DNA of 64,000 bases from Blasia pusilla (taxonomy: Eukaryota): positions 30,628,001 to 30,692,000 of the forward strand of contig CM114271.1 in the NCBI GenBank assembly GCA_050084515.1, given 5' to 3'. Below are positions 12,632-25,100 of this stretch, piece by piece (the first letter of the stretch is position 1; every line of letters begins with the position of its first letter). A model generated the notes under the pieces. It was given only the letters and a program-made list of their open reading frames with translations. It had not been told where the DNA came from and ran no database searches. The translations under genes and the position numbers were made by a program.

Positions 12632-12989
12632 GCTCGATGGCACGGAGAGAGTGATGAGGAGATGGTGCCCGGTTGGCATGCATGTGGCTATCTTTGTTGG
12701 TTGACTATGGTAGGTCAGCCACAGGTGATGACTCCAGTGGTGGGGTTGGATGATGAGTCTTTGGATCCGGAGGTTAGTGAGGAGGTGACAGGTGGTCGTG
12801 ATATCCATGACGACGTGGAGGTTGTGGAGTTCTTGCGCACTGGCGTCATTGCGAGTATAGTGAGTGCTAGGGAGTGGGATCGGATCCTACAGAGAGACAA
12901 GAGGTTCAAGTGGGAGGGGACTCACATTTTGCGGGTATGGGGAGATGGTAGGACACGAGTGGTACCTCACCCTTCCCAGCGAGCACGTA

Positions 12990-14100
12990 TAGTGCGACAT
13001 GCCCATGAGGAGTTGGGACATATCGGAGTAAAGCGTACTTACAGCTCACTCTAGGTCCAGTATTGGTGGCGCGGCATGCATACTGGGGTACAGTAGTTTG
13101 TGGCCAGATGTATGGTATGTAACAGAGTGCAAGCATCCTTCAATGCTCCCACTCCGCAGTTACATCCTTTTCCGATTATGGATTTAGGTTATCGGTGGAG
13201 TTTAGACTTTGCGGGACCTTTGCCATTGACAGGACGTCATCATAGGTACGTGTTGGTCATGGTGGAGCATTTCTCCAAGTGGATAGAGTTGGTGGCACTA
13301 CCAAACAAGGCGAGCGAGGGAACAGCTTATGCGTTTCTAGATCGTGTGCTTAGTCACTTTGGTGCATCGGCGGAGGTGTTGACTGACCAGGGTACCGAGT
13401 TGAGGGGAGAGTTTCAGGCCTTGTGTGATCAGGCGCTGATAGATCACCGCACCACGTCCAGAGATCATCCTGAGGCGGATGGGTTGGCGGAGAGAGTGGT
13501 ACATACGGTGAAGAGAGGATTGCGCAAGTATGGCTTGCAGCAGGGACTGTTGAGGGAGTGGGACCTACAATTGCCATGGTTGGCTATGGGTTATCGCTTT
13601 AGTCGGCAGGCATCCTTGGCGTCATTTTCACCGCACTTTTTGCTCTTTGGGAGAGAGCCAGATTTACCTACAGTGATTCGACGTGACATGGTGGAGGTGT
13701 TAGATCTTGATGATCCAGATGTGTGGGTACAAGCATGTTCTCAGAGGGCAGAAGTTTTTCGTAGAGTTATGCCTATGGCCTTTGAGAACTTAGCTATTGC
13801 CCAACATAGAGATACATTGAGGTATGCGACCATTCGTAGAGGAGGTTCTCGTCCAGGGATTAGGAGGCTCCTCTTGGAGATTACGTGTATTTACAGCATG
13901 CGGCACCCACGACGCTAGATGTCATTGCAGGGCGCACGATCCTACGTGTGCGCGAGGTATTACCGACCGGAGTCCTCATGTTGGAGGGACGGGATGGTAT
14001 GGTTTGGAAGGATCATGAGCGCAATTGTGCGCCATGTCATCTTCCGAACGTAGATGGGACGGTGGATCCGAGCTTGGCAGTGGTACTTGCAAGCTTGAGG
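12990..14100 (+). pseudogene. DDE integrase of element 1
   Basis: HHCC (HEELGH...CMVC), WSLDFAGP, LTDQG, DGLAERVV. Confidence 0.93.
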
Positions 14101-14240
14101 TGTATGTTGTGCGGATCTGCGAGGGGTGCAGCCACCATGTTGGTATGTGATGGTTGTTCTCGAGGGTGGCATATGTCATGTCTGACCCCCCTCTTGATGT
14201 GGTTCCCACGGGACGATGGATATGTCCGAGATGTGTATAG
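14101..14240 (+). pseudogene. PHD finger at integrase C-terminus (element 1, frameshifted)
   Basis: CMLC...MLVCDGCSRGWHMSCL...PTGRWICPRC follows the C4HC3 pattern. Confidence 0.88.
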
Positions 14241-14307
14241 GGTAGTAGGTCATGTTAGAAAGATGTGATATTTTCTTTCTAGAGTTGGGAGGATCCAACT
14301 TCCAGCT

Positions 14308-14317
14308 AGGGGGGCGG
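14308..14317 (+). promoter_or_regulatory. Polypurine tract of element 1
   Basis: AGGGGGGCGG lies immediately before block A (TTGTGTGATC). The equivalent in element 2 is GGGGGCGAG at 63527-63535. Confidence 0.65.
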
Positions 14318-14454
14318 TTGTGTGATCTCCATGTATATGTATGAGTTGATTTTTGTACATGTGTGGATCGACCTGTGTGTGGGGAAGATCGGTGTTGTGT
14401 GGTGTACATATGACCAGCGATGTATGTTGTGTAGCGATATGTATGCGCACGACA
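14317..14454 (+). repeat. Repeat block A1 (138 bp, ends GCACGACA)
   Basis: Near-identical to 14938-15075, with 5 differences counted. Confidence 0.92.
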
Positions 14455-14456
14455 GC

Positions 14457-14937
14457 TGTCACATCTGAGTAGCCGATAGGCCCAGATCTATCGTGGATAG
14501 GGCGTAGGAGCCAGCGGACTATCTTGAGTGTTAACTTTGTCCCACGGTGTCAGATGAGGTTGAGGATAGGTCCATTGTGTCAGGAACGTCGTTTCTGACA
14601 ACTTTCATGTTGAGGTCTTTTACAGCCGGGTGACTTGTTGACCAGGTCTCCCGCCCCTGGTAACCTGTGCGTGTAGGTTACCAAGGGTAGGGCTATTTTT
14701 AGGGGAAGAGCCTTTTGGCTCTTCCCAACCCTATATAAGAGAGGAAGATGGATTTCCTAAGCCATCTTTCTCATGTTGGGCCGTTGGAGCACCTCCCTTG
14801 TATGTGTGTGAGATAGGACTAGGGTGCTAGCGTCCGGATTCCTTGATAGCAGAGGGTGGACAAGGCTTGATATGCCGATGAAGATTGAAGAGTGGAGTTT
14901 TAGGCCGGGTGTGCCATTTTTACTACTCTTTGTTTTT
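14457..14937 (+). repeat. Repeat block B2
   Basis: Copy of 5441-5921. It lacks the terminal ACA and joins directly to A2. Confidence 0.92.
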
Positions 14938-15075
14938 GTTGTGTGATCTCCATGTATATGTATGAGCTGATTTTTGTACATGTGTGGATCGACCCGTGTG
15001 TGGGGAAGATCGGTGTTGTGTGGTGTAGATGTGACCAGCGATGTATGTTGTGTAGTGATATGTATGCGCACGACA
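14938..15075 (+). repeat. Repeat block A2
   Basis: Copy of 14317-14454. Its last 21 bp recur exactly at 15364-15384. Confidence 0.92.
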
Positions 15076-15388
15076 TGTAGTTCCAAACGGATTGCTCCCA
15101 AGATCCCAATGGGTTAGCAACAAATATAGAATCGGTGCCTAGGTTCTTTATTGTGTCCCAAAGTGTCGCGCATGCTAAACGTCATTTGGAGCCATACTTA
15201 GTTTAAGTCTAATTGGATTCTAAGATCCAATTCTGGCTGTAGAAGGCGTCCGATAAGTGGAATATAACTTGTATTGGACTATAGTTCCGAACGTCCTTTA
15301 GTTGGTGGTACGTGTTGTTGCGTCTCCCGGAGAGCTCCTTCGGTCGGAAATAGTTGGTCTATTGTGATATGTATGCGCACGACATATT

Positions 15389-18300
15389 GTTCTTAAGGGT
15401 AGTAAGCGAGGTCTTGATGCAAAACGATACACCTTGCTTGTTGCTTCAGAGATTGCAGCTATCTTGCCCAGAGATGGGAGTGAGCCAGGAGAAGGACGTG
15501 ATATTATTGTTTGCTTACATAGAGGAGGGATTCGTCGTCTGTCAGACTTGAATGAAGCATATATCCCATTGCACTTTGTTTTGGCTTTTGTTTATGGTGA
15601 AGCAGGTTGGCATCCTGGGATACCTTTGCAAGTGCAACATGATCATAAAGATGATCTGCCGTTAAGAGGGGATGCTATGATGGACGAAGATAGAGATGAT
15701 ATTGTACAGGGAGGAATTCAAGGTGAGGTTACCACTCATGAGGCGAGTTCAAAGACCATTACAACTTTACAAGTTGCTTCATTCAGACTTCAAATGCGAG
15801 CTAACGCTATGGATAATAATCGGTTTTTGAGGTTTGGTTGTCTTACTCAAGAATATATGGTGGATATGTATGCGACTATCGAAATGCAACGGCTAACTTG
15901 GATACGATTGCATCAAAAAGAGTTGAGAGCTTATTTATACGAAGGTGTTAGAGATGCTATGACTCGGCATGATGTGAACGGTCAAGGCATAGGGAGACGT
16001 ATTATCTTACCTTCGTCTTTCATAGGAGGAGCCCGTCACATGCATCAATTGTACCATTATGCTATGGCCATTGTGAGACATTTTGGGAAGCCTGACTACT
16101 TTTTAACTATGACTTGCAATCCCGAATGGCCAGAGATTACTTCTGCTCTGCTTCATGGGCAATCAACGTCTGATCGTCCTAACGTGGTTGTACGTGTTTT
16201 CCAAAAAAAGAAGAAGGAGTTGTTGAGACTTATATTGGATAAGCATATTTTGGGTCGAGTGGTAGGATGCATTCACGTGGTTGAGTTCCAAAAGAGAGGG
16301 CTACCACATGTGCATATCCTAATTATTCTTGCTTCTGAGGATAAGCCAAGGACAACCTCTGATTTTGACGATATTATATGTGCTGAGGTTCCGAATCCCA
16401 TGACTCATCTAGGCTACATTCTACTGTAAGAAATTGTATGATTCATGGTCCGTGTGGAGTAGCACATCCAACTGCACCTTGAGTAGATAAAACGACAAAA
16501 AAATGTTCCAAAGGATACCCAATGCCCTTTGCATCAATGACAATGGAGAATGAGGATGGAAATCCTATTTATAAGAGGTAATTCATTGGTTTTGTTGTTT
16601 ATTTTGTCATTTAATGTTCTTCTATTAGTGTGCTATCTATTTTCCCCAACTATTAACATACTTCTATATGTGTTTATGCAAGCGGGATAATGGCAGATTG
16701 ATTAATAAGTCAAATCATGACTTTGATAATCGTTGGGTGGTTCCATACAATCCAATGTTATATACTTTATTTGATTGTCATATCAATCTAGAGATAATAA
16801 ATAGCATCTTGGCAATAAAGTACTTTTATAAGTATGTGTACAAAGGATCAGATGCCACAACATATACCTTGACAAATACTACATCAAGAGAGGATACTAT
16901 TGATGAGATATCATTATATCTTGATGCAAGGTATTTCGATCCCTTCTATCTTTCAAGATCTCCCAATTTTTCCTAGGATATTATGTGTGACTCTAACAAT
17001 ATTTATATTGTATGATATGAAGGTACGTTTCTTCTTCAGAAGCATGTTGGCGAATCTTCAAGTTTAGTCTACATGCAGAGCAACCAAGTATTGTGAGATT
17101 AATTGTTCATCTTCCAGACAGTCAAATGGTATATTTTTATGGCAAGATTCATTGGGTAATATTCTGGAGCGAAGTAAGGAAACCACTCTCACTCAATGGT
17201 TTGCAACAAATATTTCTGGTTCGACTGCGCGACAATATCTTTATTTGGAGTTCCCTTCTCATTACTCTTGGAATAAGAAGCAATGGCATCCGAGAAAACG
17301 TGCACGAAAAGGATGTGGACATCCTATTGGACGTCTGTATATGACAAATCCAGGTAAACTTTCTATTCTTTGTTAAGATACAATTATTAAGGAAAAATTT
17401 GAGTTAATGTTAAAATCATGTTCATGCTTCCTTCCTAATACTTTTTTTTTGGCTAATCCTAGCTGAAGGGGAGCGTCATTGGTTACGATTACTTCTCCAT
17501 CATGTGAGAGGAGCTCAATCATATCAAGATTTGAGAACCATCGATGGTGTAGTTTATCCTACCTTCAAAGAGACCGCTATTCAGATGGGACTTTTGGAGG
17601 ACGATAGAGAGATCTTTTCTTGCTTTGAAGAGGCAGTTGTCATTCGTACTGGCTATTCATTACGTCTACTCTTTGCCATGAGTCTTCTATATAATACACC
17701 TTCCCTTCCGGCTATGGTGTGGGAACATTTTTTGGTTCATTTGACAGAAGGTCTTCTACATCAAAGGCGTGAGGTAATATGCATGCCTTTTGTTAAGTCA
17801 ATTTTTTTCTTATTTCTCTTATGAATATTTTGGGTACTTTATTTATGTTTTAACTTCTATATTTGTTCCTTGTAATAGAGAATTGGTATTCCGACCCTTC
17901 CATTGGATGTTCATATTATTAATCTTGCGTTATTGGAGGTCCATTACCATCTTCAAGATCATGGTAAAAGCATGGCGGACTTCCCCGACATGCCTCAACC
18001 AGATTTCCAATCTCGTGATTTATCTATTTCGCGTCTAGAAGAGGATCTACGATCATGATATGCTTTGTGAACGTGTGAGAGTATGAGAGATGTCTTTAAA
18101 TGATGGACAACGAGCTATTTGGGAAATTATTTGTAATGCTTTTCGCGATATCTTACAGGATGCGCCACGTTCTGTAAGTGGATATTATGTATAGTATATA
18201 TTTTTATTTTATTTTTTACTCTTTTAATTTCTTTAAGTTTTATTCTTTTAAAGTGCTTGTCTGTAACGAAAAATATGGATTTTTCAGGCAAAATTTTTCT

Positions 18301-19972
18301 TTATCGATGGTCCTGGCAGAACAGGAAAAACCTTTTTGTTCAACCTTCTTTCTGCAATGGTACGGAGCGAGGGTCATATAGCTCTTGCAGTTGCATCTTC
18401 GGGGATTTCCGCTTTATTATTGGATGGAGGTTGTACTGCTCATTCTCGATTCAAGATTCCTATCCAAGTATATGAAAGTTCCACTTGCAAGTAAGTCTAG
18501 ATTTAAGATTTCTTTTCCTTTTATGGCATCCATATTATTGTTTTATTCTTTGATTTATCCTTCATAAATGTTCCTCACATATTGTTTTGTTATCGATTTT
18601 CCAGCCTATCGGTCAATAGTCATATGGCCCGCCTTATACAAAAGGCGAAGTTGATCGTGTGGGATGAAGATCCTATGACCCATCATTACGCATTTGAGGC
18701 CGTTAATCGTACTTTCCAAGATATCATGGGTTTGATGGATCCTCCATTACGAGACTTGCCTTTTGGGGGGGAGATCGTTTTATTTGGTGGTGACTTTCGA
18801 CAACTTCTTCCAATTGTTCGTCGTGGAGATCGTGCAACAGTTGTGCGTGCAACACTTAGGAGATCTCTTATTTGGTTTGACGTGAGATTATTGAAACTCA
18901 CTACCAACATGAGAGTTAATATTGTACAAGGTATTAAAGAATAAACCTAATATTTCACCTTTTTCATTTCATCTGGTTTTTGTTTATTTTTAATATTTAC
19001 TTATTCCTTCATCTTATATTTATTTGTAGGATATGCACGAGAAGAGCAAGAAGCGTTTGCAACGTGGTTATTAGAGGTAGGAGAGGGACGTATACCGTTA
19101 CATTTGGACTTTGGAGAGGATTTTATACAAGTTCCGGATGCGATAACTTTTAAAACCACAAGGATCAATGATCTCATTGACATTGTTTATGGGCACAATG
19201 TTCATAAGTGGAGTGACATTGATTTCTTGAGGGGTACATCCATTTTGTCAACCAAGAATACTATTGTGGATATTATAAACGCGGAAATCATGTCTCGATT
19301 TCCAAGAGAGGTAATATTTATATTCTTGAATATCATTATTATATTTTGATTGTTATATTGCTACATTTTTCTATCATCTCTCTTATTATTAATGATTTAT
19401 TTTGTTTTTGCAGGAGCATACTTTCTTGAGTGTTGATTCTGTTTCCAACGATGAGATGAGACTTGTTTATCCAACAGAATTTTTGAATACATGCTTACCA
19501 TCTAGATTGCCACCTCATTGTTTGACTTTGAAGATTGAAGTTCCGATAATGCTATTACGGAATATGAATGGAGCAAAGGGACAAGAAAACGGGACTCGGC
19601 TGGTGATAGCTGGCTTTAGTCGACATCTTATAGATGCAACAATTATCACGGTAAAAAAAAATTGGAGCTCGAGTTTTCAATCCACGCATTCCATTGATTG
19701 CTTCTGATTTCGGCCTACCTTTTGATTTACGACGATTTCAATTTCCTATCCGTCCTGCTTTTGCAATGACTATTAATAAATCTCAAGGTCAAACATTAGA
19801 TAGAGTTGGTATTTACTTGCCCAATCAAGTATTTTCTCATGGGCAATTGTATGTTGCCTTGTCAAGAGTAGGCTCTAGGAATTCTATTCATATTATGACA
19901 AATAATGAAAATGCTACTAACAAAATAGATATTTACAGTAGGAATGTTGTATATAATGAAGTGTTAAATTAA
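15389..19972 (+). pseudogene. Helitron Rep (HUH) and PIF1 helicase, multi-exon, disrupted
   Basis: Rep motifs PDYFLTMTCNPEW, VVEFQKRGLPHVH, KYFYKYVYKG. Helicase motifs FIDGPGRTGKT, VASSGISA, LIVWDE, GGDFRQLLP, FAMTINKSQGQTL, FSHGQLYVALSRV, NVVYNEVL. Confidence 0.93.
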
Positions 19973-20101
19973 ATTAAAGTAACATTATATGTGTGAAGTT
20001 TTATATTGGTATGCATTTTCTAAATTTTGTAATGCTTCACTTATTGATATTTACTTATTGGTATGGATGGTATGATTAATTTTGTATATGCTAAATTTTG
20101 A

Positions 20102-20132
20102 TGCCGGTGCATCGCACGAGCATTCTTACTAG
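20102..20132 (+). terminator. Helitron 3' hairpin and CTAG terminus
   Basis: TGCCGGTGC-atc-GCACGAGCA imperfect stem, then TTCTTA-CTAG|T. Confidence 0.8.
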
Positions 20133-21920
20133 TAAGAGTTAAGGCTAATACATAACCTCATCTAGGAGGTTACCCTACTTAACATGTCATCCATGATCCA
20201 TCTCTACTAAAGTCCGACACATAAGAATTCATCATTCCACCATAAAAGATGTTACATGTGTGTGATGGTCTGTCACTTTACTTCCTCTCTCCCCTAGGAT
20301 CTTTCACTCTCTAGTTGGAGATTGTGTAATGCGTTGACACCATGTTTAGATCTCCTCAATATCGGTGAACACACCATTTTATCTAGTGAACACAAATAGA
20401 TCTAGTAAATGTGTTGTAGCTCTTGAGGATGTGAAGATTCTGGCCGGAAGAATTTGAGAATTTCAGATCCAGTTTGTCACTTACCGGCCAAAAACCGAGG
20501 GTTCAGGGAGGGTGTCTTTGTATTCATACCTGTTTAGCTGGGTGGAATGACAAAATCTTCAAAAATTGCCGCTCGGTTTTGTAGAAACACTCGCTCGGTT
20601 TTGTAGAGACCGGAAATGTACCCTGAATCAATCCAACGTGTGATGGGTTCATAGAACATTCTTAGAAACTCAGATGCATGTGTAGATAGAGTGAGCTCAG
20701 TTAGAATGAGCTTTTTAAATGGATGGAGTGACTCGAGGTTCCAACTAGTTTGTGCGATTCGTCCTCGGATACCCATCGTGGAGGGTACGTATCCGACTCG
20801 CACGACAACCACGCTCCTGCGTGTTTTACGTGCGTGAAAGCCCTCCAAGGTGCTTGGTCCTGTCCGCACTTCCCGAGGTTTCCCGGCCAGAAATTCCGGG
20901 ACGCTAAGTGGGGGACAAGAAGTAAGAAATTGTACACAAGAGCCTGTGAACAAGGCAGAGTGCATCACTCTCCTCAAGTTCCGGGAGACTTTTGACCAGT
21001 TACTGTGCTCGGGCCGGAGTATGACGCCTTCGGGTCTGAAGGTCTGCTTTCCTCGCGAAGGAGAAGCTAGCGATTGCGTGGATTATGGGATTGATAATCT
21101 CTCGGCGGCGATTACTTCGCTTGACGATCTGATTTCCGCTCTAAAGTTAGACTCACTACGAGAGTCGGAGTTGGCTGGCGTCTTCCTGGAGGCGTATATA
21201 GCTACGTGCCTTGAGTGGGGCGATCCTGGAAAGAGAACGACATCGGATTCTTTAAGCTTCCGTCCATCAGATTGTACTTTATTAAGCTTCCTTCTCTCGC
21301 ACCGCACTGTACTGTAGCTAACCTTATTTAATTTACCTTATGGTCCAAGAGTCCCACTAACCGCGTTCGGAGACTCGCCTGGACAATCAAAACGCGCCTG
21401 GGCCGTTGACTCTAGCACTTACCCCAGGGCCCCACCCCAGCTGACACAGGCCGGATTGCGACCCGGCCCTAGGGTGGTGTTGGAGTGCATGTGCATCCCC
21501 AGCAGGATTCGTTTGGTTTAAGGCAAATTGGGCCGGTCATTCTACCAGTTCCCGTCAAATTTACTGGCTGGAAGAATGACTCGGGCGACCTAAATGGTCG
21601 TTAGGTTGTCCTCCAGTCGCTGGTCATTGATTGAAGGTGCCATTGGCAGGTGTACGCGTTATGAGAGTTCTTAGAGAAGGTTTATTGTTTCAAAACTATG
21701 CGGGGACCTAGGTCTTGTTCTAAAGTCACTCTCTTAGATCCTTCAAAGGACCAATTCCAATTAGATTTCCTCGGCCTTAGTTGACGGCGTCTTTCACAAA
21801 CTCGATCAAGTCGAGTTCCGTAGGTTTGGATAACCTCCACCATGAGACAATAGTGTAAAAGTCAGATTGAATGTAAGGAAGAAATAAATAATGAAGCAAT
21901 CTAGATGAGGTGATTTAAAC

Positions 21921-22135
21921 CAGGGTTCGGGGAGTTTTTTCATGGGACCCGGTAAATTGCCGGGAATTTCCAGTCGGAAACAGTAATCCCCATTTTTGAA
22001 CCGGTTTTCAGATACTAAATACAAAGGACAAGCTCGAATCCAACCGGTTTCTCGTAGGCAGTTTTAAAATCAGTCGATAATTCTCGAATTTTACCAGCTA
22101 GCTTTACTCGTAACCCCGGATCTCCCCTATCATTG
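21921..22135. mobile_element. hAT-like MITE (215 bp)
   Basis: 8-bp TSD ATTTAAAC (21913-21920, 22136-22143). Imperfect TIRs CAGGGTTCGGGGAG / CTCCCCTATCATTG, with internal ACCGG/CCGGT repeats. Confidence 0.7.
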
Positions 22136-25100
22136 ATTTAAACCAGTGAGGCGACCCAAAAACCCAAAAGTGGGGCGGGTTATTATAAAAAAACAATAAT
22201 ACTAAAATGTAAATGTACACATAGTATAAAAATTAAAAAAGGTGCTAAAGGGTATTGACATCTAATTTTGTGCATAGATGTCTTCGTTATTAAACGAGGC
22301 CAATACAAATCACAAAAAGAGATCATAATTCATACCATAATTCAAGGCAGGGATACATGACGTAGGCATTCCATGCAAACAACGGGGAGACACTAATATA
22401 GAGTTGAATGCACTACTAAAAAAACATATTAGACCAATCCGATGGGAACCTAATTGTTCGGTCATTTTTTTACATAATGTTATTAGTGCGTGTATATCTT
22501 CTAGGGCCATTTGGATCGAGCATTGAGTACTTATGTCAAAGTCTTACATACTAAGACATACAAAGGATGCTACAATTTAAAAAAAAAAGAAATCAATACA
22601 AAGATTTATAATGATAGGCCCGAAACCATAAAAGAGATGTTCGAATGAAGATTATGGTTCAAATGTGTGACAGATCATCAGATCATCGGTTACAAGCAGA
22701 CTTAATAGTCATCGAACCCACATAACATGTTCATAGTGTTGGCCCACGTTACTTTAGGGATTCGTTGGAGTACTATGGTGTCTCTACACAAAATGTGTAA
22801 TCCTACACGCATCTGGGGAACCGCAACTTAAGCCTTTAAGAGGGGCCATAATTACCTATCCTTATAATAAAATGTACAACTTAGTAATTTAATAAATATA
22901 CAAAACCTTCACGTATAACTTAAGAACGCACACTAAAACAGTGTTGGTTAAGAGTGCCACGATGAAGGAAAGGTGTTCGAGAGGTGTTCGAACGTCAAGA
23001 GGGCATTCTTTGGGCATATCACGTAAGGCTTGTAATATCGCGTGTAATAATTATTTTTTAATATTAAGACATAGTAGAATCCACCCTAGCTATTTAAAAA
23101 AAATTCATTACAATGGACATAGAAGGAAAAAATGTCTCGAGGAAGGAAGCAAGAAATGGATTTATTTTTTTGGCAACAAGCGAACAAAAGAAACCAAATC
23201 AATGAATTACATGTTTGATAACATGAAACAAATATGACATAAAAAATAAGACATGAACACTAGTGGTTGGTCACACATAAATGGACGGCAAGGTGAGTGG
23301 CCATCAACCACTTCAACTTGAAAAATCAACGCCAATGCTTGTGCACACAACATGTTGTAATACCACAAGATGCATTGAAGAAAATAAGTATCGACAATAG
23401 AGAGAGAAGGATTGTGAGAAGGGATGAGTTGATGATTCTTGAGGGAATGATGAGCATATGTTGCAAGAGAGAATTGACATACGCGTTTAAGTCCCCAAAA
23501 GCTTCCACTCCAAAAGGAATAAATCCAAATCACAAATAGCTAAGTCTATGGTGCCCACATTAGCGAGGAAAAGGGAAGTGAATAATGATCATGGGTCTAA
23601 GGAGGAAAGTCTTTGGTAGAATCCACCAAAGTCAAAACCTAGACTAGCTAATCGTGAGACTAGGAAGGGCGGAGAAACCAACTGTAGGGTTAACACTAGG
23701 CGAAACACGCAAGTGTCTTGTGACTAGCCTTAGGCAAGAAAGGGGCACAACTCCTCCTAGGGACAAAGGAAATTAAGGCAAGCAAGGTTTGAGACCTTGA
23801 AGCTATGTGCCTAGTCAAGGGCAAGAAGCAATCAATATGTCAATAGTCAAGATGGGAGAGACGTACGCGATGAGACTAGTAACGAAATGCAGAGGGTGGC
23901 AAGGTAACCATAACAAACCAAACGAGGAGTTAATACAAACGCTAGCCACAAGAAATGTGAAATGCGGGTCCAAGCTAGATTCAAGATGCTTTTAGGGACC
24001 TGAGAGTTGCATAATCTGCTGGAAGCCTCTGCCAAGTCATCTTAATGGATAACTAGTCAAACGTGGGTCCACGGGTCGCAAACCACGTTTGGGTTGAGGG
24101 CCAAAATCAAGGGCATGAGGGGTACAATGGGAAAGGCGGGTTTTCCCCCCGAGTACCCTAGAAATATCTATAAGGGGGACTCTCTCCCCCTCTACCCACT
24201 TCAAGTCCTTGAACTAGGAACTAATCATTATGCATGTTTGGCCTTGTTTCGAGTTTGAGCTATAGGACACATCTTGAGGAATTAAGTGACACGCTTTGGT
24301 ATAGGCAAGCAACTTAGAGAGATTGGTCAAGGCTTGGAGAAGAAAATTTCTAGGGAGATGGTACACACTTAGGAAGACTCTACCCGATTAATGCTCGACA
24401 ACTTCTAGGCTTCTTGCAAAGAGCGCAATCGGTTATATAATTAAGTCTTTGGGACTCAACCTAAGTCTTCCGCTAGCAAAGCTTAAGTTTAGGAGTGTTT
24501 CAAGGTGAAACTAGAAAGAGTACAAGTCATACTCTATGACTTCGTATCAAAGAAAACCGCCAAATAGGCTACGGGTAGTGGGGGATTTTGGCGGCAATTA
24601 TCGGCATAGCCAAGGATGGAGACAAGCCCCATAAGGGAAAGAAGAAGGTCAAAGATCTTGAACTATCTTGGCTTAGGGAAGTTTTGAGGCATGCAAGGAA
24701 TAACCCTAAATGACCCGATTGATCTCTGATGGGACTTTGAGGATATGAGGAAATTCAACGAGTTACTCGATCAAGATGAGGGTTTAGAGGACAAAATGAA
24801 AATTGGAAAAAACTTATTGTCCAAGACTCTTGGCGACTCGTTTGAGGAACTTGATCTCAAGGGATTTGATGCTCTAAGGGGTGAACCCAAGGATTCACCG
24901 TCTGTGAATAGGAAGGTTAGCGGGGACACTTGGAGGAAAGGTGTCGGGGTTCAACCATCCATGAGTTTCAATGAGGTTCAACGCACTATCTTTGAGGCAT
25001 TGCATTGAAGGAAAAGCCACAAGTCCAAATAGACTATGTAGTTGGAAAGACCATGAAGGCATGTAGCTAAAATTTTTCTCATCCCCAAGGTATCAAGTAA

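Larger units (their letters stand above)
5441..15384 (+). mobile_element. Ty3/Gypsy-type retrotransposon (element 1) with DNMT3-like methyltransferase and PHD finger; split repeats B1-internal-A1-B2-A2; 4-bp TSD TATT
   Basis: Starts TGTCAC (5441) and ends GCACGACA (15384). TATT flanks both sides (5437-5440, 15385-15388). Excising it restores the Helitron frame ...SDFHI|VLKGSKRGLDAKRY...EIAAILP. Domain order PR-RT-RH-INT is the Gypsy order. Confidence 0.95.
1500..20132 (+). mobile_element. Degenerate autonomous-type Helitron, interrupted by the Gypsy-type element at 5441-15384. The 5' end is not located, so the start coordinate is approximate.
   Basis: Rep and PIF1 helicase motifs separated by AT-rich introns. 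A 3' hairpin and CTAG (20129-20132) are followed by T. Confidence 0.85.

Noticed and set aside
5441-15384. Classification as a DIRS/PAT/Ngaro element because of the split repeats and a methyltransferase
   Set aside because: No tyrosine recombinase motif was seen. It has a protease, a DDE integrase and a TSD, and the MTase is C5-type, not the adenine-MTase-like domain of DIRS.
20534-21317. ORFs of 147 and 155 aa after the Helitron end
   Set aside because: No recognisable domain or supported gene structure.
22200-23540. Possible transposase remnant
   Set aside because: Only short ORFs, with no diagnostic motif I could recognise.
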